64,000 nt of DNA from an uncultured delta proteobacterium (lineage in GTDB: Bacteria > Myxococcota_A > Polyangia > Polyangiales > Houyiibacteriaceae), in NCBI GenBank assembly GCA_963699755.1, contig CAVOVB010000002.1, forward strand, positions 224,001 to 288,000. The letters run 5' to 3'. Made by a program: the position numbers and the translations under genes. How positions within the stretch are numbered: the stretch's first letter is position 1; every line of letters begins with the position of its first letter. Shown in pieces: positions 32,694 through 42,549 of this stretch. The notes beneath the pieces were generated by a model. The model was not told the DNA's origin. It ran no database searches and saw only the letters and a program-made list of their open reading frames with translations.

Positions 32694-33062
32694 CTACTGC
32701 TGATTCGCAGGAGGCACGATCGAGCCGACGACGTGGAGGCCGGCGACGCACTCCTCGCCCACGCGGCGAGCCCAGATGACGCGTGCCCGCTTGAAGAGCA
32801 CCCGCCCAGTGTGCGTCGTGATGCGCAAGTCACAGAGCGCGCCGGTCGAGAGCCAGCGGTCGAGGGCGACTTGGATCCCCATCGCGCTCACATCCAAAGC
32901 CGTCGCCTGGGTTTGGATCGGCGAAAGGATCTGGATCTTCGCGTCGGAGGCCCAGCGGGTATCATGGCGCCGTTCCTCAGGCGGCGCCGCGCGGCGAACC
33001 TCGGAGTGGCTCCGGCCCGGAGGCGGTGGATTCGAACCTTGTCTCGGAACCTTTGAGCTCAT
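32694..33062 (-). CDS. Stand-alone PilZ domain protein
   Basis: RxxxR (ERRHDTR) and DxSxxG (DVSAMG) c-di-GMP motifs; C-terminal ARVIW strand. Confidence 0.75.
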   Translation of the reverse strand: MSSKVPRQGSNPPPPGRSHSEVRRAAPPEERRHDTRWASDAKIQILSPIQTQATALDVSAMGIQVALDRWLSTGALCDLRITTHTGRVLFKRARVIWARRVGEECVAGLHVVGSIVPPANQQ

Positions 33063-33209
33063 GAACGGCCTGGACTCTGCGCTTAGATCATGCCGAGCAG
33101 CCCGGACAATGTCGACTAAGTCACCAAGTCGTGTGCGGCATGTCACAGACCGCTCCCGCGCTGAGCCTCGAGGCGCGGTCTATATCCCTGATCGAGGACT
33201 CGGCTGGGA

Positions 33210-34364
33210 TCAGCCCAGCCGCTCGATGATGGTGACGTTGGCCTGACCGCCACCCTCGCACATCGTCTGGAGACCATAGCGGCCGCCGCTGCGCTCGAGC
33301 TCGTGCAGAAGCGTCGTCATGAGCTTCGCGCCCGTTGCGCCGAGCGGATGGCCGAGGGCGATCGCGCCGCCGTTTACGTTCACCTTGGCGAGGTCGACGT
33401 CGAGCTCCTTGGCCCATGCGCAGACGACTGGTGCAAAGGCTTCGTTGATCTCGACAAGGTCGATGTCATCGAGGCTCATGCCGGACTTCTCCATGGCGTA
33501 GCGAGTCGCTGGGATGGGAGCGGAGAGCATGCGAATCGGATCCTCGCCGCGAACGCTCAAATGATGAATGCGCGCGCGGGGGGTGAGGTTGTGCTCCTTG
33601 AGCGCTTTCTCCGAGACGATGAGAAGCGCGGCGGAACCATCGGAAATCTGGCTGGCCACCGCCGCCGTGAGCCGTCCACCCTCCATGAGGATGGGAAGCG
33701 CGGCCATTTTCTCGAGGGTGGTGTCGGGACGCGGGCCTTCATCGGCGGTCACGTCGCCAAAGGGGATAATCTCACGATCGAATCGGCCCTCCTTCTGTGC
33801 TTGGATCGCGCGTCGATGGCTTTCGAGCGCGAACCTCTCGAGCTCTTCGCGAGAGAGATCCCAGTCCTTGGCGATCATTTCAGCGCCGTAGAACTGATTG
33901 ACGGGCCTGTCGCCATAACGTTCCTTCCAGCCCACCGAAGTGGAGAACGGGTCGGGAATGCCGAGCTCTTTGCCCGCGATCATCGAAGCGCCGATGGGGA
34001 TCATGCTCATGTTCTGAACGCCACCTGCAACGACGACATCTTGTGTGCCGCTCATGACCCCCTGCGCGGCGAAGTGAACCGCCTGCTGCGAGGAACCGCA
34101 CTGGCGGTCGACCGTAACACCTGGAACGTGCTCTGGATAGCCGGCTGCCAGCCAGCAGGTGCGGGCGATGTCCCCGGCCTGGGTGGCTACCGAGTCCACG
34201 CAGCCGAAGACTACGTCATCGACGGCGCCCGGGTCGATCCCCGTGCGTTCGATCACCCCCTTGATCGCGTGGGCGCCGAGGTCGGCGGAGTGGACTTTGC
34301 TCAGGCCGCCCTTCTTTCTTCCGACGGGCGAACGAACTGCTTCGACGATGTATGCATCCGGCAT
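33210..34364 (-). CDS. fadA6: Acetyl-CoA acyltransferase, steroid C/D-ring thiolase FadA6-like
   Basis: AGYPEHVPGVTVDRQCGSSQQA, AGGVQNMSMIPI, NEAFA, GHPLGATG, CEGGG. Confidence 0.82.
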   Translation of the reverse strand: MPDAYIVEAVRSPVGRKKGGLSKVHSADLGAHAIKGVIERTGIDPGAVDDVVFGCVDSVATQAGDIARTCWLAAGYPEHVPGVTVDRQCGSSQQAVHFAAQGVMSGTQDVVVAGGVQNMSMIPIGASMIAGKELGIPDPFSTSVGWKERYGDRPVNQFYGAEMIAKDWDLSREELERFALESHRRAIQAQKEGRFDREIIPFGDVTADEGPRPDTTLEKMAALPILMEGGRLTAAVASQISDGSAALLIVSEKALKEHNLTPRARIHHLSVRGEDPIRMLSAPIPATRYAMEKSGMSLDDIDLVEINEAFAPVVCAWAKELDVDLAKVNVNGGAIALGHPLGATGAKLMTTLLHELERSGGRYGLQTMCEGGGQANVTIIERLG

Positions 34365-34431
34365 CTGAACCTCGCTATGAACTTCTCTTTAGGGGGAGTG
34401 GATGTCGCACGCAAGGCGCTACCCAGTGAGC

Positions 34432-35445
34432 TCAAAGAATGTGACGGCCTATTCGCTCTCGATGATGGGCTGCGTCCCCGTGTGCCGCGGCGAGGGCCCA
34501 AGCCCGTTTCATCCACATGTGGAGGTCGCATTCGATGGTGTAGCCAATCGCGCCATGAACCTGCAGCGCCTCCTTGGCAACGAATTTTGCAGCTTGGCCT
34601 GCATAGATCTTTGCAAGGGAGACATCGACCTCCGCGTCGCGTGAAACAGTGGCCACCGCCCAGGCGGCGCGATAAACCATCGGTCGGGCGAACTCCTGCT
34701 GAATCAGCGCGTTGGCGAGCCGGTGCTTGATCGCCTGCTGTGCACCGATGGGCTTGCCGAACTGCTCTCGGTCTTTGGCGTATTGCACGGCCATGTCCAG
34801 CATGCGTCCCGACAGCCCGAGCAGCTGGGCCGCCGTGGCTAGTGCGGCTCGCTCCCGGCCGAGTGCAAAGAGCGCCTGCGTGTCTACGTCTTCGCGCATG
34901 CGGTACTGCGCGCTGTGCTCAAACGAGACGCGGCCGAGCTCGCGTGTGCGGTCGACCGATTGCTCTGGCTGGGTTGAGACCTCGCTGATGGGCACGCAGT
35001 ACCCGGCCCCGCCTCGCTCGGCGATCAACACGTCCGCCGACGCGGCGTAGGGTACGATCGTTTGGTCTTCGAACGAGACTACGATGCGCGCCTCGCCTGC
35101 CGCGGCGGGGCTGAGCCAGCGCTCCTTCTGCGCATCGGTGCCGGCGGCCTCGATCAGCGGAATTCCAACCGCGACGGTATCAACGATCGGCCCCGGCAAT
35201 GCTGCATAGCCGGCTTCTTCGAGGGGAAGCACGAGGTCAAGCTCGCTCATCCCCATGCCGCCAACGTCCTCGGAAGCCGTCATGCCGATCACGCCGGTCT
35301 CGGCGAGCGTGTCCCAAACCGCGCGGACGCCCTCGGGGCGCCCTTCCCAAGCGGCGCGCACGACCTCGGGCGGACACTCGCGCTGCAAGACTTCGCGAAC
35401 GGTGTCGCGGAGCATCTTCTGGTCGTCAGCGAAAGCGAAATGCAT
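34432..35445 (-). CDS. fadE32: Acyl-CoA dehydrogenase partner subunit, FadE32-like
   Basis: Short ACAD with REQFGKPIG and LQVHGAIGYT; directly follows the fadE31-like gene. Confidence 0.7.
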   Translation of the reverse strand: MHFAFADDQKMLRDTVREVLQRECPPEVVRAAWEGRPEGVRAVWDTLAETGVIGMTASEDVGGMGMSELDLVLPLEEAGYAALPGPIVDTVAVGIPLIEAAGTDAQKERWLSPAAAGEARIVVSFEDQTIVPYAASADVLIAERGGAGYCVPISEVSTQPEQSVDRTRELGRVSFEHSAQYRMREDVDTQALFALGRERAALATAAQLLGLSGRMLDMAVQYAKDREQFGKPIGAQQAIKHRLANALIQQEFARPMVYRAAWAVATVSRDAEVDVSLAKIYAGQAAKFVAKEALQVHGAIGYTIECDLHMWMKRAWALAAAHGDAAHHRERIGRHIL

Positions 35446-35449
35446 GACG

Positions 35450-36610
35450 CTATTTCCGCGGAAGCCCGAGGACGCGCTCGGCGATGATGTTGCGCTGGAT
35501 TTCGTTCGTGCCGGCGTAGATGGGGCCCGCCAGCGCGAACTGAAAACCCTTCATCCAGCTCCCTGCGTCGACCGCGCTGTCCGAGCCCTCATCGAGCTCG
35601 AGCGCGTCGCCGATGATCGAGAGCGCGGTTTCGTGCGTGCGCACGTCCATCTCGGACCAGAAGACCTTGTTCATACTGGAATCGGGGCCGATCGATTCAC
35701 CCTGCATCATACGCGTGACCGTCTGAAAGGTGAACCAGCGGTAGGCCTGCGCGTCCATCCAGGCCTGAATCACCTGGTCGCGGAGGATCGGATCGGAGCG
35801 GTCGCGGTATCGGTGGTAGAGCTCGATCAGACGCGACGCGGTCGCCATGAACCGACCAGGGCTCCTCAGGCTGAGGCCGCGTTCCGAGCTCGTGGTCGCC
35901 ATCGCGACCTTCCAGCCCTGATTGACCTCTCCGATGATGTCTTTGTCAGGGACAAACACATCTTCGAGGAAGATCTCGGCGAAGCCTTCGTCGCCATCGA
36001 GGCGATCGACGCCGCGCACCGTGGCACCCTCCGCGTGCAGCGGGAACATGAAATAGGTGAGCCCTCGATGACGCGCCTGCTCGGTGTCGGTGCGAAACAG
36101 GCCATAGGCCATATCGCAGAAGGCAGCGCGGGTGGACCAGGTTTTTTGTCCGCTCAGACGCCAGCCGCCATCGACGCGGCGCGCGGTGCTCTTGAGCGAA
36201 GCGAGGTCGCTGCCCGCGTTGGGCTCGGACCATGCCTGGCCCCAGGAGACATCTCCTCGCGCCATCGGGCGAAGAATGCGCTCCTTCTGCTCGTCAGTCC
36301 CGAACTCGAACAAGGTCGGCGCCAATAAGAAGATGCCGTTCTGGGTCACACGGCTTGGAGCATTGGCGCGGTAGTATTCCTCTTCGAAGATGAGCCATTC
36401 GAAGAGCGTGGCCTCACGCCCGCCATACTGCCTGGGCCAGGAGACCGCAGCCCAGCCGGCGTCGAAGAGCTTGTGTTCCCACTCTAGGTGCAGGGCGTAC
36501 CCGTCCCTGGTGTCGCCTGAGGGCAAGGATTCGAGCGGCACGTTGGCTTCGAGCCAGGAGCGGCACTCCTCGCGAAAGGCGTTCTCGGAGTCGGTGAAGT
36601 CGAGGTCCAT
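35450..36610 (-). CDS. fadE31: Acyl-CoA dehydrogenase, FadE31-like
   Basis: WLIFEEEYYR, QAWSEPNAGSDLASL, RHRGLTYFMF, ERGLSLRSPGRF, GPIYAGTNEIQRN. Confidence 0.82.
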   Translation of the reverse strand: MDLDFTDSENAFREECRSWLEANVPLESLPSGDTRDGYALHLEWEHKLFDAGWAAVSWPRQYGGREATLFEWLIFEEEYYRANAPSRVTQNGIFLLAPTLFEFGTDEQKERILRPMARGDVSWGQAWSEPNAGSDLASLKSTARRVDGGWRLSGQKTWSTRAAFCDMAYGLFRTDTEQARHRGLTYFMFPLHAEGATVRGVDRLDGDEGFAEIFLEDVFVPDKDIIGEVNQGWKVAMATTSSERGLSLRSPGRFMATASRLIELYHRYRDRSDPILRDQVIQAWMDAQAYRWFTFQTVTRMMQGESIGPDSSMNKVFWSEMDVRTHETALSIIGDALELDEGSDSAVDAGSWMKGFQFALAGPIYAGTNEIQRNIIAERVLGLPRK

Positions 36611-36619
36611 CGCTTTGGC

Positions 36620-37978
36620 TCAGGCGCCCAACCTTTCGAGCGTTGCCTCCGCCTCGGCCATGATACGTTGGAGAAGCTCGGCAACCGTCGGGATTTCGTC
36701 GATGACGCCAGCGACTTGGCCCGTCGGCAAGATACCGGCTTCGACTTTGCCATCGACCATCGACGCCTTGGTCAACATCGGCGCATTGGCCGCCATCGCG
36801 AGCTGTGCCCAGGTGAGCTCCTGATTCTGCTTCATCGCGATGCCTTCTTCGAGAAGCTCCGGCAGGGAGGTACCGGTGACCTTCATCAATGACAAGGCAT
36901 TGAGTGCAGCTCGGGGAAAACGAGTCAGCGGGCTCGCCTTCTCGAGCTGGTCGATGAGAAGCGTTCGGATGACGCGTTGCGGATAGCCGTCGACGGCCTT
37001 GGTGACGACAGTCCCGTTTGCCTTCGTCTCGACGTAGATTCGCTTGACGTGGTCGGGCACCTGGCTGTCTTTGGTGAGCAGGAAGCGCGTGCCCATGGCG
37101 ATGCCTTCGGCTCCAAATGCAAGCGCCGCCACCAGACCGCGTCCGTCGCGGAAACCCCCGGCGCCGACAACGGGAATGTCGACTGCAGCGGCGACGTCCG
37201 GAATCAGAATCGAGGTGGGAATCTGCCCTGTGTGGCCGCCGCCTTCGTGCCCCTGCGCGATCACCGCATCGACGCCCCAGGCCTGCACCTTTTCGGCGTG
37301 TCGGCGCGCCCCAATCGTCGGCATCGTGAGGACGCCGGCGTCCTTGAGCGTCTTGATGACGCGCTCGCCGGGCGCCTGCGCAAAGCTTGCGACCTTGATC
37401 TTCTCGCGGATGAGAAGCTCCACGCGCTTCATCACGTCGGATTGATCGGCCCGCATGTTCACACCGAACGGCTTGTCGGTCCGGCTCTTGACCTTGGCGA
37501 TCGCCTCCTCGAGCTCGCGGAAGGTCATCGTCGCCGCTGCGAGAATCCCGAGGCCTCCTGCCTGGCTGGTCGCCGAGGTGAGCTTTGCACCGGACACCCA
37601 GCCCATGCCGGTCTGAATGATCGGGTACTCGATGCCGAACATCTCACAGATCCGGGTGTGGAGTGCCGGCTTGGCTTTCGCTGCCTTCTCGGAGGCCGTC
37701 GCTTGGACAGCCGTGACGCGAACGGGCGGCTTACTCTTGCGGGCCTGGGTCTTTGGCTTGGGCGTGACGGACGCCCGCTTCTTCGCAGGCGCCTTGCTGG
37801 CTCGCTTGGCTTTGGGTGGCGCGGACTTCTTCGGGGCGTTTGTCGTGGCCTTCGCTTTCGGCGCAGCGGACGCTCGCTTCTTAGCAGGCGCCTGCGCCAT
37901 GCGCTTGGTCGTTGCCTTGGGCGCCCCAGACGTTCGATTCTGCCTGGGCGCTTTAGTCGTCCTCTTCTCAGCGCTCAT
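36620..37978 (-). CDS. ipdC: IpdC-like enoyl-CoA reductase (nitronate monooxygenase fold) with ~100-aa Lys/Ala/Pro-rich N-terminal extension
   Basis: Core IIQTGMGWV, QGHEGGGHTG, MAANAPMLTKASMVDG. ATGA overlap with the ipdB stop supports the long start. Confidence 0.82.
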   Translation of the reverse strand: MSAEKRTTKAPRQNRTSGAPKATTKRMAQAPAKKRASAAPKAKATTNAPKKSAPPKAKRASKAPAKKRASVTPKPKTQARKSKPPVRVTAVQATASEKAAKAKPALHTRICEMFGIEYPIIQTGMGWVSGAKLTSATSQAGGLGILAAATMTFRELEEAIAKVKSRTDKPFGVNMRADQSDVMKRVELLIREKIKVASFAQAPGERVIKTLKDAGVLTMPTIGARRHAEKVQAWGVDAVIAQGHEGGGHTGQIPTSILIPDVAAAVDIPVVGAGGFRDGRGLVAALAFGAEGIAMGTRFLLTKDSQVPDHVKRIYVETKANGTVVTKAVDGYPQRVIRTLLIDQLEKASPLTRFPRAALNALSLMKVTGTSLPELLEEGIAMKQNQELTWAQLAMAANAPMLTKASMVDGKVEAGILPTGQVAGVIDEIPTVAELLQRIMAEAEATLERLGA

Positions 37979-38739
37979 CCTACGACTTCTTTCTGCGCGT
38001 ACCCTTGCGGATCGAGCTCACGCAACACACCAACGAGCTCTGGGGTCGGGACCGGGGTCGTGTCCAGCCCATCTGGGACCACGAGCTCGAAACCCGTGTT
38101 GTCGATCACCTCTTCGAGCACCACGCCTCGATGAAGCGAGACCAAACGCATGCGGTGATCGGGCGTGTTGAAATCGAAGACGCCGAGATTGGTGACCACT
38201 CGCCGAATCTCGTGAAAGCGGCTGCCTGCGGGCCCGAGAGCAGCGGCGCGATCGTACCCCACCCCACTCACCATATCGACCTTTGCCACGAAGACTCGGG
38301 CGTTGTGATTCGGAACCCAGTAGCTGGTCACATGGTTGATTGTGTTGCCGGGCGCTCCGCGAACGCCGAGCAGCTGCGCCTTCGGCCTCTCCCAGGGGCC
38401 GATGCACGCGATGTTCTGATTGCCGAACTGATCGATCTGTGAGGCGCCCATCATCACGTGACGGCGTCCCCACCAGAGGGTGTCGAAGACTGCGCCGAAC
38501 GGCATCCAACCCTCGACGTCGCGATCGCTCGGCTCGACCCCGAGCGGAAGCGCACGACGGAGCAACAAGTTGAACCCATCGGTCATCAGCAAGTCCGGCT
38601 CGAAGGTCGACTTCGCCAAGCGTGCGCCCAGGCTCGGGCTCGTTCCCATCGCGCTGACCATGATCTCGCCGTCGTTTCGAAAGCACTCGGCAATGGCGAG
38701 CGCGCAGACATCGGCGCGGGTGGCTTCGGTGCTGCTCAT
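37975..38739 (-). CDS. ipdB: Steroid ring-cleaving hydrolase subunit IpdB (CoA-transferase beta fold)
   Basis: GRRHVMMGASQIDQFGNQNI, GVRGAPGNTINH, VVTNLGVFDF; ATGA-coupled to ipdA. Confidence 0.87.
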   Translation of the reverse strand: MSSTEATRADVCALAIAECFRNDGEIMVSAMGTSPSLGARLAKSTFEPDLLMTDGFNLLLRRALPLGVEPSDRDVEGWMPFGAVFDTLWWGRRHVMMGASQIDQFGNQNIACIGPWERPKAQLLGVRGAPGNTINHVTSYWVPNHNARVFVAKVDMVSGVGYDRAAALGPAGSRFHEIRRVVTNLGVFDFNTPDHRMRLVSLHRGVVLEEVIDNTGFELVVPDGLDTTPVPTPELVGVLRELDPQGYAQKEVVG

Positions 38740-39581
38740 GATGCCACCGCCTTTTGGTAGTCGGCCTCGCTCGCGTCGAGGTATTTCGCACGGAACGCCT
38801 TCCAAGCTTCTTCGTCGTTTGAGGTCGCGGCATATTCGCGCTGAAATTTCTCGTCACGCGCATAGTCGGGCGAACACTCCGTGAAGTGCGCGCCGCCGGG
38901 CGCCTCGACCACTCCGCTCACCATCATGCGGTTGATCAGCAAGCTCTGGAGCGGCCCGCCGCTGACGAGCTCGTCGGTCGACACGATCTTCTCCGAGCTC
39001 ATGAAGGACTTCTTCGCGGCCATGCAGAAGAGGTTGTCGAAGTAGGGGTCGCGGCCGAGGGCTTGGCCGTTCCCCAGGGCATCCGCGCGATTCATGTGAA
39101 TGAAGGCGACGTCGAGGTTCAGTGCGGGCACGGCGACCAACTCCTCGCCATCGTCGTAGGGCGATATCACGGTCTTGAGGTGCGGATTGATCTTCAGGAC
39201 GTCGGAGCCTAGGCCTGCTCGAGTCGGCAAGAAGGGCAGCCTTTGTGCAGCCGCTCGGAGCCCGAGGAGAAACATCCCCTCATCTAGCTCAACCGCCTGG
39301 AGCGCCCCGTTTTGCCGAGCCTTCCGGAACTGTGGCTCGAGGGGAATCGAATCGAGTGACACGAAGCCGTAGACGGCCTTCTTGAGCTGTCCCGTTGCGC
39401 AGAGGATTCCGATGTCAGGACCGCCGTATGAGACGACCGTCAAGTTCCTCACACCCTTGCGGACCAGCGCTCGTACGAACGCCATCGGCTTACGCCGCGA
39501 GCCCCACCCTCCGATGCCGATTGTCATTCCGTCGGTGACCTCGGCGACGGCTTCATCCACCGTCATGCGTTTGTCTGTCAC
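38736..39581 (-). CDS. ipdA: Steroid ring-cleaving hydrolase subunit IpdA (CoA-transferase alpha fold)
   Basis: DGMTIGIGGWGSRRKPMA, YGFVSLDS, ELDEGM, RLPFLPTRAGLGSDV. Confidence 0.9.
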   Translation of the reverse strand: MTDKRMTVDEAVAEVTDGMTIGIGGWGSRRKPMAFVRALVRKGVRNLTVVSYGGPDIGILCATGQLKKAVYGFVSLDSIPLEPQFRKARQNGALQAVELDEGMFLLGLRAAAQRLPFLPTRAGLGSDVLKINPHLKTVISPYDDGEELVAVPALNLDVAFIHMNRADALGNGQALGRDPYFDNLFCMAAKKSFMSSEKIVSTDELVSGGPLQSLLINRMMVSGVVEAPGGAHFTECSPDYARDEKFQREYAATSNDEEAWKAFRAKYLDASEADYQKAVAS

Positions 39582-39590
39582 GAAGCTACC

Positions 39591-40352
39591 TCACTTCTTG
39601 TCGGTGTTGGGGTCGCGCTTCTCGACGAACGCGTCCCGCGCCTCGTCGGCCACGCCTGCCAAGTTCAGCTCGAAGGTAAAGCCCTGCTCGAATCGGTACG
39701 AACGATTCACGTCCACCGGATCGATGTTGTTGAGGCATTCCTTCGCTACGCGCACGACCCGCGGGATCTTTTTCGTGAAGGTGCGAGCAATTTCCCTCGC
39801 CTTGTCGGCGAGCTGAGCTTCTTCGACGACGGCGTAAACCGAGCCCCAGTTGTGCAGCTCCTCCGCCGTCGCGGCCTCGCAAGTCAGGACCATCGCGCGC
39901 ATCTTGAGCGCCGGAACCAAACGAGCGAGGTGGGTGGCCGCACCGAGCGCGCCCCGATCCACTTCAGGCAATGCAAACCTGGTGCCCTTGGCAGCGATGA
40001 GGATGTCCGAGTTGCCGGCGAGGCCGATGCCGCCACCGACGCAGTAGCCGTGCACGGCGGTGATCACGGGGACCTTGCACTCGTAGACGGCCTTGAACGA
40101 TTCCCAGCAGCCGCGATTGGCCCCAAGAAGGGCATCGAAGCCGTCGTTGCTCTGCATCTCTTTGATGTCGACACCGGCGTTGAAGCCTCGCCCCTCGGCC
40201 CGCAGAATGACCACCCTGGTTTCCGGGTCGTTCCCGGCAGCGCTGATCAAGTCTGCAAGCTCGAACCAGCCGTCTACGGGAATCGCGTTGACCGGGGGAA
40301 AGTCGACGACGATTTCGGCGATTCCATCGATAATTTCATGCGAAATACCCAC
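39591..40352 (-). CDS. echA20: Enoyl-CoA hydratase EchA20-like
   Basis: PPVNA, AEGRGFNAGVDIKE, CVGGGIGLAGNSD, LPEVDRGALGAATHL, SYRFEQGFTFELN. Confidence 0.88.
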   Translation of the reverse strand: MGISHEIIDGIAEIVVDFPPVNAIPVDGWFELADLISAAGNDPETRVVILRAEGRGFNAGVDIKEMQSNDGFDALLGANRGCWESFKAVYECKVPVITAVHGYCVGGGIGLAGNSDILIAAKGTRFALPEVDRGALGAATHLARLVPALKMRAMVLTCEAATAEELHNWGSVYAVVEEAQLADKAREIARTFTKKIPRVVRVAKECLNNIDPVDVNRSYRFEQGFTFELNLAGVADEARDAFVEKRDPNTDKK

Positions 40353-40380
40353 GGCGCATCCCTTCCAAGCAGGGCCGAAG

Positions 40381-40394
40381 TGAAACGCGTTTCA
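40381..40394. promoter_or_regulatory. KstR-type operator 3 (echA20-ipdABC-fadE31-fadE32-fadA6 operon)
   Basis: Perfect palindrome TGAAACGCGTTTCA, 28 bp upstream of echA20 and just downstream of a minus-strand TTGACC (40407-40402). Confidence 0.85.
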
Positions 40395-40423
40395 GTCCGC
40401 GGGTCAAGCCGACGAGAGGGTGC

Positions 40424-40903
40424 TCAGGCCACGAGGGTGTCGAGGAACCCCTCGGTCGCCGTCCCGATGGGCCGCGCTATTGGCGCCAGCTCGGCACGGA
40501 CGGCGTCCGCAGCGCTCGGGACGTCGGGGGTCGTGCCGGTGCGAATCAGCGGCGTTCGAAAGCGGTACACGACCTGGAGCACAGCCCGATCGATCGCTTC
40601 GGGCACTACGACCACCACGGAGAAATCGTCTCGTTTCAGCTTGTCACGGCGAGCGTCCAGCCAGCGGGCGAAGGTCTTGGGATGGCGCGCTGCAATCACG
40701 CCGGTGCCACGTTCGTGTCGAACCAGCCCGACGAACGGCAGCGCGTGATCGAGTTGGAAATCGGCGATGCTCAGCATCAGCTCGATTTCGTGGTCCTCGA
40801 TGAGTCGAGGCCGTTTCATGTCGCAAAGTAGGTGAGGCATCCTCACGAAAGCGAGAAATCCCTCGAAGCGCGGGAACGATGAATACATTACTTCGCTCGT
40901 CAA
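40424..40903 (-). CDS. Hypothetical protein, SpoIIAA/SEC14-like fold suspected
   Basis: Pattern similarity to the 43344-43757 protein (FARWLDARRDKLK vs IIDWIDRDRPALK; PSAADAVRAEL vs PSAEAWLREQL). Start uncertain. Confidence 0.5.
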   Translation of the reverse strand: MTSEVMYSSFPRFEGFLAFVRMPHLLCDMKRPRLIEDHEIELMLSIADFQLDHALPFVGLVRHERGTGVIAARHPKTFARWLDARRDKLKRDDFSVVVVVPEAIDRAVLQVVYRFRTPLIRTGTTPDVPSAADAVRAELAPIARPIGTATEGFLDTLVA

Positions 40904-40983
40904 TCCGAGTATGGTGATGAAACGAACAGTGACCGAGCGGTGCTGTCTTGCCCATCTCTTGGCTTGGCGATATCACGGTCGCC

Positions 40984-42549
40984 GTGTTCGAGACGATTCC
41001 TCAGATGGTCGCCAAACAGGCCGAAAGCCTTGGCGATCGGGCCGCCATCGTCGACGGCGAGAAGACGCTCAGCTTCACCGAGCTCGCCGAGCATGTGGAT
41101 GAGGCCGCCCGGGCTCTGATCGCTCTGAGGATTCAGAAGGGCGACCGGGTTGCTATCTGGGCGCCGAACATCTGGGAGTGGATCGTCTGTGCGCTGGCGA
41201 TCCACAGCGCCGGTGCCGTGATGGTCCCGATCAACACCCGATACAAGGGAATCGAGGCCTCCTACCTGCTCGAGAAGAGCGGCGCGAAGGCGCTGTTCAC
41301 GGTGACCGGATTTCTGGATGTCGACTACGTGGCCCTTCTTCGCAACAGCGCGGCAGACCTCCCCGAGCTCGAGCAGATCATCGTGCTCCGCGGAGAAGCG
41401 CCGCAAGGAACGCTCGGCTACCAGGACTTCCTCGGGCTTGCAGCGGGCGTTTCCCCAAGCGCCGCTCGAGAGCGCGCGGCCGCCGTCGGCCCCGATGACC
41501 TCGCCGACATCCTCTTCACCTCGGGCACCACCGGCAAGCCCAAGGGCGCGATGTGCACGCATATGCAGAACCTACGCGCCTTCGATCAATGGAGCTCCAT
41601 CGTCGGGCTTCGCGAAGGCGATCGGTATCTGGTCGTACTGCCGTTCTTCCACAGCTTCGGCTACAAGGCGGGCTGGTTTTCCGCGCTCATGCGGGGGGCA
41701 ACGGTGTTCCCGGAGCCAGTCTTCGACGTGAACGTCGTCCTTCGGCGCATCGAGGAAGACGCGATCACCATGCTTCCAGGGCCGCCCGCCCTGTATCAAT
41801 CGATTCTGCTCGATCCGAACCGCGCGCGGTTCGACATTTCGAGCTTGCGCCTCGCGGTTACCGGCGCGGCAGCAATCCCGGTCGAGTTGATTCACCGAAT
41901 GAAGGATGAGCTCGGGTTTGAAACGGTGATTACTGCCTATGGGCTCACCGAAAGCTGCGGCGTCGTCACCATGTGTCGGCTCGACGACGACGCCGAAACC
42001 ATCGCCACGACGAGCGGCCGAGCGATCGCTGACGTCGAGGTTCGAATCATCGACAGCGAAGGCAATCCACTCCCCGCAAACCAGCCCGGTGAAATCGTCG
42101 TCCGCGGATACAACGTCATGAAGGGTTACCTCGACGCAGAGGAAGAGACGAAGATGGCCATCGACGAAGATGGTTGGCTCCACACGGGCGACATCGGAAC
42201 CATGGACGAGCGCGGCTACATCAAGATTACGGACCGCCTCAAAGACATGTTCATCGTAGGCGGCTTCAACGCTTATCCTGCGGAAATCGAGAACACACTC
42301 TTGCAGATGCCCGGCGTCGGCGAAGTCGCGGTGATCGGCGTCCCTGATGAGCGGCTCGGAGAGGTCGGGATGGCCTTTGTCGTTCCTGCGCCTGGACAGT
42401 CCCTCACGCCCGAGAGGGTGATTTCGTGGAGCCGGGCAAACATGGCGAATTTCAAAGTGCCTAGACGCGTCGAGATCCTCGAGGCTCTACCTCGCAATGC
42501 GACCGGCAAGGTCGTGAAGTTCGAGCTTCGGGAGCGAGCCAGTGGCTGA
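40984..42549 (+). CDS. fadD3: HIP-CoA ligase FadD3-like acyl-CoA synthetase
   Basis: ILFTSGTTGKPKG, DRYLVVLPFFHSFGYKAG, SLRLAVTGAA, TAYGLTE, DMFIVGGFNAYPAEIE. Confidence 0.82.
   Translation: MFETIPQMVAKQAESLGDRAAIVDGEKTLSFTELAEHVDEAARALIALRIQKGDRVAIWAPNIWEWIVCALAIHSAGAVMVPINTRYKGIEASYLLEKSGAKALFTVTGFLDVDYVALLRNSAADLPELEQIIVLRGEAPQGTLGYQDFLGLAAGVSPSAARERAAAVGPDDLADILFTSGTTGKPKGAMCTHMQNLRAFDQWSSIVGLREGDRYLVVLPFFHSFGYKAGWFSALMRGATVFPEPVFDVNVVLRRIEEDAITMLPGPPALYQSILLDPNRARFDISSLRLAVTGAAAIPVELIHRMKDELGFETVITAYGLTESCGVVTMCRLDDDAETIATTSGRAIADVEVRIIDSEGNPLPANQPGEIVVRGYNVMKGYLDAEEETKMAIDEDGWLHTGDIGTMDERGYIKITDRLKDMFIVGGFNAYPAEIENTLLQMPGVGEVAVIGVPDERLGEVGMAFVVPAPGQSLTPERVISWSRANMANFKVPRRVEILEALPRNATGKVVKFELRERASG

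Noticed and set aside
33303..34730. Long antisense ORFs (also e.g. 31262-32461, 36977-38134, 4939-6012)
   Set aside because: They mirror well-supported genes on the opposite strand and have no motifs; typical high-GC shadow ORFs.
40918..40931. TGAAACG half-site upstream of fadD3
   Set aside because: The second half (GTTnnA) is absent, so it is not counted as an operator.
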